64,000 nucleotides of DNA. Origin: Candidatus Chazhemtobacterium aquaticus (lineage in GTDB: Bacteria > Patescibacteriota > Microgenomatia > UBA1400 > Chazhemtobacteraceae). Below the pieces are notes generated by a model. The model did no database searches, was not told the DNA's origin, and saw only the letters and a list, made by a program, of their open reading frames with translations. Location: positions 152,984 through 216,983 of the forward strand of contig NZ_CP047901.1 of the NCBI RefSeq assembly GCF_009936135.1. Direction: 5' to 3'. This document shows positions 58,963-64,000 of this stretch, piece by piece (within the stretch, counting starts at the first letter, position 1; each line of letters starts with the position of its first letter). Both the position numbers and the translations under genes were made by a program.

Positions 58963-59706
58963 ATGCTTTCATTTCTCACTGACCCCATTGTCCACCTACT
59001 AATCTTTCTTTACGGCAACCTAGGCCAGAGTCTGGGTCTCGCCATCATAGTTCTTACCCTCTTGGTCCGAACTGCCCTTCTTCCCATCTCGCTACCCGCA
59101 CTTAAATCAGCTCGAAAAATGCAGGAGCTTAAGCCTCAACTTGACAAACTTAAGAAAAAACATAAAGACAAGACCAAACTCCAACAGGCTCAACTTGAGC
59201 TCTATCGTCACCATGGCATCAATCCCCTAAGCGGCTGCCTACCCCAACTTGTTCAAATCGTTGTTCTTATTGCACTTTATCAAGCTTTTATCGGTTTTAT
59301 CACCAGTGGCCAATTCAACGGTTCAGCCCTTCACACCTCTTTTCTCTGGCTTGACCTTTCTCAGTCTGATCCTTATTACATATTGCCAATTCTAGCCGGT
59401 GGGACTCAACTACTTTATTCACTTGCCATGCAAACCGGCTTAGAATCCCACCTCAAAGCTCCTAAACAAAAATCACCTCGTCAAAAGGAAGAAGACTCAC
59501 TTGAAATGGCTCAGTCCATTCAACAACAAATGATCTATCTTATGCCTCTTATGACCCTCATTATCGCCACTCGTTTTCCTTCTGGACTTGCTCTCTACTG
59601 GGTTGTTACCACCATTTATTCATTCGTCCAACAACTCATTATTTCCGGACCTGGTGGACTTACTCACTACAAGAACTTAATACTTGCTAGGTTTAATTTT
59701 CGCTAA
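58963..59706 (+). CDS. yidC: YidC/Oxa1 membrane protein insertase
   Basis: GLAIIVLTLLVR, GINPLSGCLP, FLWLDL..DPY, PSGLALYW. Confidence 0.93.
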   Translation: MLSFLTDPIVHLLIFLYGNLGQSLGLAIIVLTLLVRTALLPISLPALKSARKMQELKPQLDKLKKKHKDKTKLQQAQLELYRHHGINPLSGCLPQLVQIVVLIALYQAFIGFITSGQFNGSALHTSFLWLDLSQSDPYYILPILAGGTQLLYSLAMQTGLESHLKAPKQKSPRQKEEDSLEMAQSIQQQMIYLMPLMTLIIATRFPSGLALYWVVTTIYSFVQQLIISGPGGLTHYKNLILARFNFR

Positions 59707-59751
59707 TCATCGGTTATAATCCGCCTTGGTCAATTACTAACACAACATATC

Positions 59752-60219
59752 ATGGACTCACAACAACAAACAAAGATTACCGATATCATCAACAACGTCT
59801 TCTCGTTGCTGGGCATTCCAGTAGATCAATTTGAACTTGACTTTAATAAAGACTCTCTTGTTGTTCAAATCAATTTACCAGCCGAGGAGTCAGGTGTTTT
59901 TATTGGTCATCAAGGTGAAACTCTATCTTCTCTTCAATTAATACTTTCCTTAATCGTTAGTCAGCGACTAAATCAATGGTATCGAATTAAAGTCAATGTC
60001 GGCGATTATCAACAACGCCGAGAGCAACAGCTTATTGTCAAAGCCGATCAAGCAGCTCAAAGAGCAGTTGAAAACGGACAGGAAATTATCATCCCTGGTC
60101 TCAACTCTTATGAGCGCCATCTTATTCACGACCATCTCAGTCATAACTCTCAGGTTGCCACCGAATCTCGAGGAGAAGAACCCAACCGACAACTCTTTGT
60201 CTCACCCAAAAACAGCTAA
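59752..60219 (+). CDS. jag: Jag/KhpB (EloR) KH-R3H RNA-binding protein
   Basis: IGHQGETLSSLQ; ERHLIH; TESRGEEPNR. Confidence 0.88.
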   Translation: MDSQQQTKITDIINNVFSLLGIPVDQFELDFNKDSLVVQINLPAEESGVFIGHQGETLSSLQLILSLIVSQRLNQWYRIKVNVGDYQQRREQQLIVKADQAAQRAVENGQEIIIPGLNSYERHLIHDHLSHNSQVATESRGEEPNRQLFVSPKNS

Positions 60220-60237
60220 GACTCGTATACTGTCCAT

Positions 60238-61416
60238 ATGCTTCGGACGGTCTTGACTCTCATCACTTTTCTGCTCCCTACTCAGCTAGGGCTTCATCTC
60301 TGGCCGTCATGGTCTTTCCTCCATGGTTTATCCATAGACTATCTCTCTATCACTGTTTATTTCACTGATCTACTCCTACTCACTCTTCTATTCATTCACC
60401 CACCACGCTTTCTGTTTAACAAATCGGTAAAAATTGTGGTTTCCACGATTCTCCTCTCCTCGTTCCTCGGACTGCAACCTCTCAACTCACTTGTCCTTCT
60501 TTTTCGCATCCTACTTCTTTTAAATTTTTCTCTTGCAGTATCGACCCAAAACAAGTCAACTCTATCCTCACTCCTTACCTCTATCTCGGTCTCAACAATC
60601 CTAGTCTCCTTACTTGCCATTTTCCAGTTTATATCCCAATCGTCACTTGATGGCCCCTTTTATTGGTTGGGTGAGAGACACTACTCTCTCACCACACCAG
60701 ATATCGCCAAAACCATTCTACCCTTTACCGGCCAACAAATTTTAAGATCATACTCAATGTTTTCTCACCCAAACTCACTTGCTGGATATCTAGTTGTTGT
60801 ATCCCTTTTGATTATTATCCTTAAAAGAAAACTTAATCTCAAAAACGTCTTAATCCAAATAACACTATTACTCAGTTTTCTCGCACTTCTTACCACATTT
60901 TCAAGATCAGCTATATTTGCGCTTATCGCATCCGTAATATCACTATTTTTTTCTGTTTCATACTCACCCTTCCTAATCATTCTGATTCCCCTACTTCTCA
61001 CTCTTATCTTCACAGTTCCACTATCACTTGGATCTCAAGTCAGCGTTACCACACGTCAACTTCTCAACTTCTATGCACTCAAAGCGACTTGGTCACATCT
61101 CTTTTTTGGCTTAGGTCTTAACAACTTCACCATATATTTAAGCCAAATTACTCCTCCTCTAAATCACTATCTACTTCAGCCGGTTCATAATATATACCTT
61201 CTTCTTTTATCTGAACTAGGTTTTGTCCCAATAATTACCCTTCTCTCCATCAGACCACAACGAAAAATAAACACACTTTTTCTTCCCGTCATTCTTGCCA
61301 TTCTCATTACTGGATCTCTAGACCACTACTGGCTTACTCTACCCCAAAACCGCTTGCTTATTAGTTTCTTTGTTGGATTATTATTCAACTCGAACCTCTC
61401 CAGACACTCCAGCTGA
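60238..61416 (+). CDS. O-antigen ligase family membrane protein
   Basis: FSHPNSLAG, TFSRSA, GLGLNNF, PVHNIYLL.LSELG, DHYWLT. Confidence 0.85.
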   Translation: MLRTVLTLITFLLPTQLGLHLWPSWSFLHGLSIDYLSITVYFTDLLLLTLLFIHPPRFLFNKSVKIVVSTILLSSFLGLQPLNSLVLLFRILLLLNFSLAVSTQNKSTLSSLLTSISVSTILVSLLAIFQFISQSSLDGPFYWLGERHYSLTTPDIAKTILPFTGQQILRSYSMFSHPNSLAGYLVVVSLLIIILKRKLNLKNVLIQITLLLSFLALLTTFSRSAIFALIASVISLFFSVSYSPFLIILIPLLLTLIFTVPLSLGSQVSVTTRQLLNFYALKATWSHLFFGLGLNNFTIYLSQITPPLNHYLLQPVHNIYLLLLSELGFVPIITLLSIRPQRKINTLFLPVILAILITGSLDHYWLTLPQNRLLISFFVGLLFNSNLSRHSS

Positions 61417-61428
61417 TACAATACCACC

Positions 61429-61848
61429 ATGTCAACCCTAACAATTCATACCGATGGCGGATCTCGCGGCAACCCAGGACCGGCTGCTTGTGCTGCAGTT
61501 TTTCTCAACCCTGACCGAGAGGTTGTCTACTCCACCAGTCGCTATCTAGGCCATACAACCAATAACGAAGCTGAATATCGTGGCGTTATTCTTGCTCTCG
61601 AAACTATTCTTGCCGACCTCAATAAGTACTCCGAGTTTTCCAGTCTTCAATTCGTGCTCGACTCCGAACTTGTGGTTTTTCAACTAACTGGTCGGTATAA
61701 AATCAAAAACACCAATCTTCAACAGCTTGCCACGACTACCCATCAACTTATCCGTCAAATCAACAAACCTACTAGCTTTACTCACGTCAAACGTCACCTC
61801 AATACTCTTCCAGACGAACTCCTTAATCAAGAACTCGATCGACACTAA
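61429..61848 (+). CDS. rnhA: Ribonuclease HI family protein
   Basis: TDGGSRGNPG, TNNEAEY, DSELV. Confidence 0.9.
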   Translation: MSTLTIHTDGGSRGNPGPAACAAVFLNPDREVVYSTSRYLGHTTNNEAEYRGVILALETILADLNKYSEFSSLQFVLDSELVVFQLTGRYKIKNTNLQQLATTTHQLIRQINKPTSFTHVKRHLNTLPDELLNQELDRH

Positions 61849-62111
61849 GCCTTTCATTCTCTAGGATTTGTATAACTCATCATCCTTGTGGATAAAGAGA
61901 TATCTATTTGTACCTAGGTTTTCATGTGGAAGCGTAAGAACAAAAGCACGGCATATATACGCACAATCAACAGCTAACAACAAGGCTAAACACTAACACA
62001 AAAAACGTACATACGAAATAATCAAGATCTCTAACTACTTATATAAGCCTAATAAACACGAATTGCCGCCACTCATCCAACCCGGTATGCTAATAACAGA
62101 CCCAAACCGCC

Positions 62112-64000
62112 ATGAAAGACCTGCCCATCATTGAACAACAATCTCAAAAACCAAAAGCAGCTATTCTTAGCCACACATCACTTCTAGCAGGAGAACTTTC
62201 TAATGCCCTACAAACACTACAAATTGAAGCTCAGCTCATCTTTCTTCCTTCCGCACTTGGAGATGTTTCTCGATCTTCATTAACACATCAACACACAAGA
62301 GTCAGCTCTATCACCCAGGCTAAAACACAAGGTATCGATTATCTCTTTTACCTCTATCCCTCTCTTGGTGCCATTAGTCCACACGAATACGAACGCTTCT
62401 TCTATAACACCCCACCCCAATCCAAAATAATAATCATTGACAACTTTCGTAATCAAGCCAAGACAGACCAGCTCATCACCTATCTCCGCAACCACAACTT
62501 TAGAGTTGCCTTGTTAACCGATGTATTTGGACCACTTACCACGCCTCAGTACACCAACCCAGCTCTCTCACATATTTCCCACGCACTAAACCATCAATCC
62601 CTCGAGCTTATGGATACAGGACAGACACCTTTGTATCCTACATACAGCCAGGATGTCGTCAAGGGAATTATCAAAGCAATTTTTTCTGGTAATACCCAGT
62701 CACAGTCTTACCTCCTCTCCACCCTTGAACCCATATCTGAACTAAGCTTCTCCCAACACCTCAAAACACACTCCGCAGAGATTCTTGACCACACTCCACC
62801 CATTGAGTATATTTCCCCAGCTCCCAACCCTCCAGTTTTACCTGATCCTAACCAAATAATTGCCACTCAAGCCCAATTAAACTGGTCCCCAGACACAGAC
62901 CTTGACATTGCTATTAGCGAAACACTCGCCATTAGTCATGAAGTTTATTCACCTCCAATCAACGAGAGTTTAACTCAGGAAACTCGACCACCATTATCAC
63001 CAACACCAAACCAAAGCGTTCAGTCAGATCAAGTTAATGACATTCCACCAAAACCATCTTTGACTAAATCTCCAAACTATTTTGATTTAGCCAAGAAGCC
63101 TAAGACGAAAAAAAGAAAAAAAGCCCTCTTGCTCTTTCTTTCTGTCGTGTTTATTGTTTTTCTCCTACCTCTAATATCTCTCTACATCACAATTACCCAG
63201 GGGATTAGTCAGTTTAGCCAGTCCTACGCGTATCTCGAGCAGGGGAGATATCAGCAATCTCAAACAGCCGCACAAAAATCAAAATCATCATTCATTCGTG
63301 CACGAGTCACCTTAGGAATCACAAAAAAGCTCATACCTCTTTTTCCAAAAACTAAATACGACAAATATGACCAACAACTCGATATTGCCGTAAGACTTAG
63401 CGATATTCTAAGTCTAACCTCAACCACTCTCGTCAAGGCTGACCAACTTTACTCCATCATAACCAATACTAATACCGGAAACTTTCACTCAGCTAACTCC
63501 GACCTCAAGGTTAGCCTAGACTCGCTCTATCAACATCTCTCATTAGTCCAAGCGAGTGTTGATCAGGTTGACTTTAACTCAAATCTATTTGCTTATGACA
63601 AACTAAAAACCGCCAAGGACAATCTACCAGAAATGAGAAAAACAACTGAACAGGCCTTAAAACTAGTATCCATTCTTCCTGATCTAATCGCCCAGGAACA
63701 ACCACAAACACACCTTCTTTTACTCCAGAATAATCTAGAACTTCGTCCTGCTGGAGGCTTAGTGGCGGTTGCTGGTTTACTTACATTCACCAATGGGCGA
63801 TTGACCAACTTTCAAACCTATAACGTGCCAACCCTCGACAGCCAACTTGACGGTATTGTTACACCACCTCCCGATATTGCCACCTATCTGGGGGAGGATC
63901 GATGGTTTCTACGAGACTCAAACTGGTCTGCTCACTTTCCTTCATCTGCTCTCCAAGCTCAATGGTTTGTCGACAAAATGCTTAACCGGCCCACCAATGG
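62112..64000 (+). CDS. Degenerate epimerase-like N-terminus, TM helix and DUF4012 domain; partial
   Basis: ATG 62112 is in frame with LLQNNLELRPAGG and WFLRDSNWSAHFP motifs; runs off the window. Confidence 0.8.
   Translation, partial: MKDLPIIEQQSQKPKAAILSHTSLLAGELSNALQTLQIEAQLIFLPSALGDVSRSSLTHQHTRVSSITQAKTQGIDYLFYLYPSLGAISPHEYERFFYNTPPQSKIIIIDNFRNQAKTDQLITYLRNHNFRVALLTDVFGPLTTPQYTNPALSHISHALNHQSLELMDTGQTPLYPTYSQDVVKGIIKAIFSGNTQSQSYLLSTLEPISELSFSQHLKTHSAEILDHTPPIEYISPAPNPPVLPDPNQIIATQAQLNWSPDTDLDIAISETLAISHEVYSPPINESLTQETRPPLSPTPNQSVQSDQVNDIPPKPSLTKSPNYFDLAKKPKTKKRKKALLLFLSVVFIVFLLPLISLYITITQGISQFSQSYAYLEQGRYQQSQTAAQKSKSSFIRARVTLGITKKLIPLFPKTKYDKYDQQLDIAVRLSDILSLTSTTLVKADQLYSIITNTNTGNFHSANSDLKVSLDSLYQHLSLVQASVDQVDFNSNLFAYDKLKTAKDNLPEMRKTTEQALKLVSILPDLIAQEQPQTHLLLLQNNLELRPAGGLVAVAGLLTFTNGRLTNFQTYNVPTLDSQLDGIVTPPPDIATYLGEDRWFLRDSNWSAHFPSSALQAQWFVDKMLNRPTN

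Noticed and set aside
1-64000. CRISPR array, rRNA or intact prophage
   Set aside because: No regularly spaced 25-45 bp repeats, rRNA-like tracts, or terminase/capsid genes were seen.
1-64000. Alternative genetic code (TGA=Gly as in Gracilibacteria/SR1)
   Set aside because: Conserved genes (dnaA, dnaN, dnaG, smpB) end at TGA at the expected lengths.

Overview
64 kb of a Patescibacteria (CPR) chromosome, most likely Microgenomates. This is inferred from gene content: a VirB2/TrbC-like pilin array with PrgI/VirB4, DUF4012, DUF5652-like genes and a LAGLIDADG-like ORF among tRNAs. Genetic code 11 is used. Layout: (1) 1-5.4 kb, housekeeping and membrane genes (M16 peptidase, mscL, ATP-grasp ligase). 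(2) About 5.5-20.7 kb, an accessory island at the 3' end of tRNA-Asn. It is divided by at least 5-6 short sites resembling the tRNA 3' end, each encoding an alternative integrase-like C-terminal tail. It also holds two integrase remnants broken at the same codon, a DUF3800 gene with a convergent small RNA, and a kinase-GNAT-GT2-NUDIX-GT4 operon. (3) 20.9-33.7 kb, core genes (tdk, rpoD, dnaG, six tRNAs including all four Ser isoacceptors, comF, tmRNA, smpB, SpoIID-like). (4) 33.8-55.2 kb, a T4SS-like locus (10 pilins, VirB6-like, PrgI, VirB4, M23 peptidase) interrupted by an IS481-like element. (5) dnaN-oriC-dnaA-rpmH-rnpA-yidD-yidC-jag, then an O-antigen ligase, rnhA and a partial DUF4012 gene. 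The strong C>G skew of the + strand does not invert at the oriC-like locus. All family calls come from motif recognition by eye; no searches were run.
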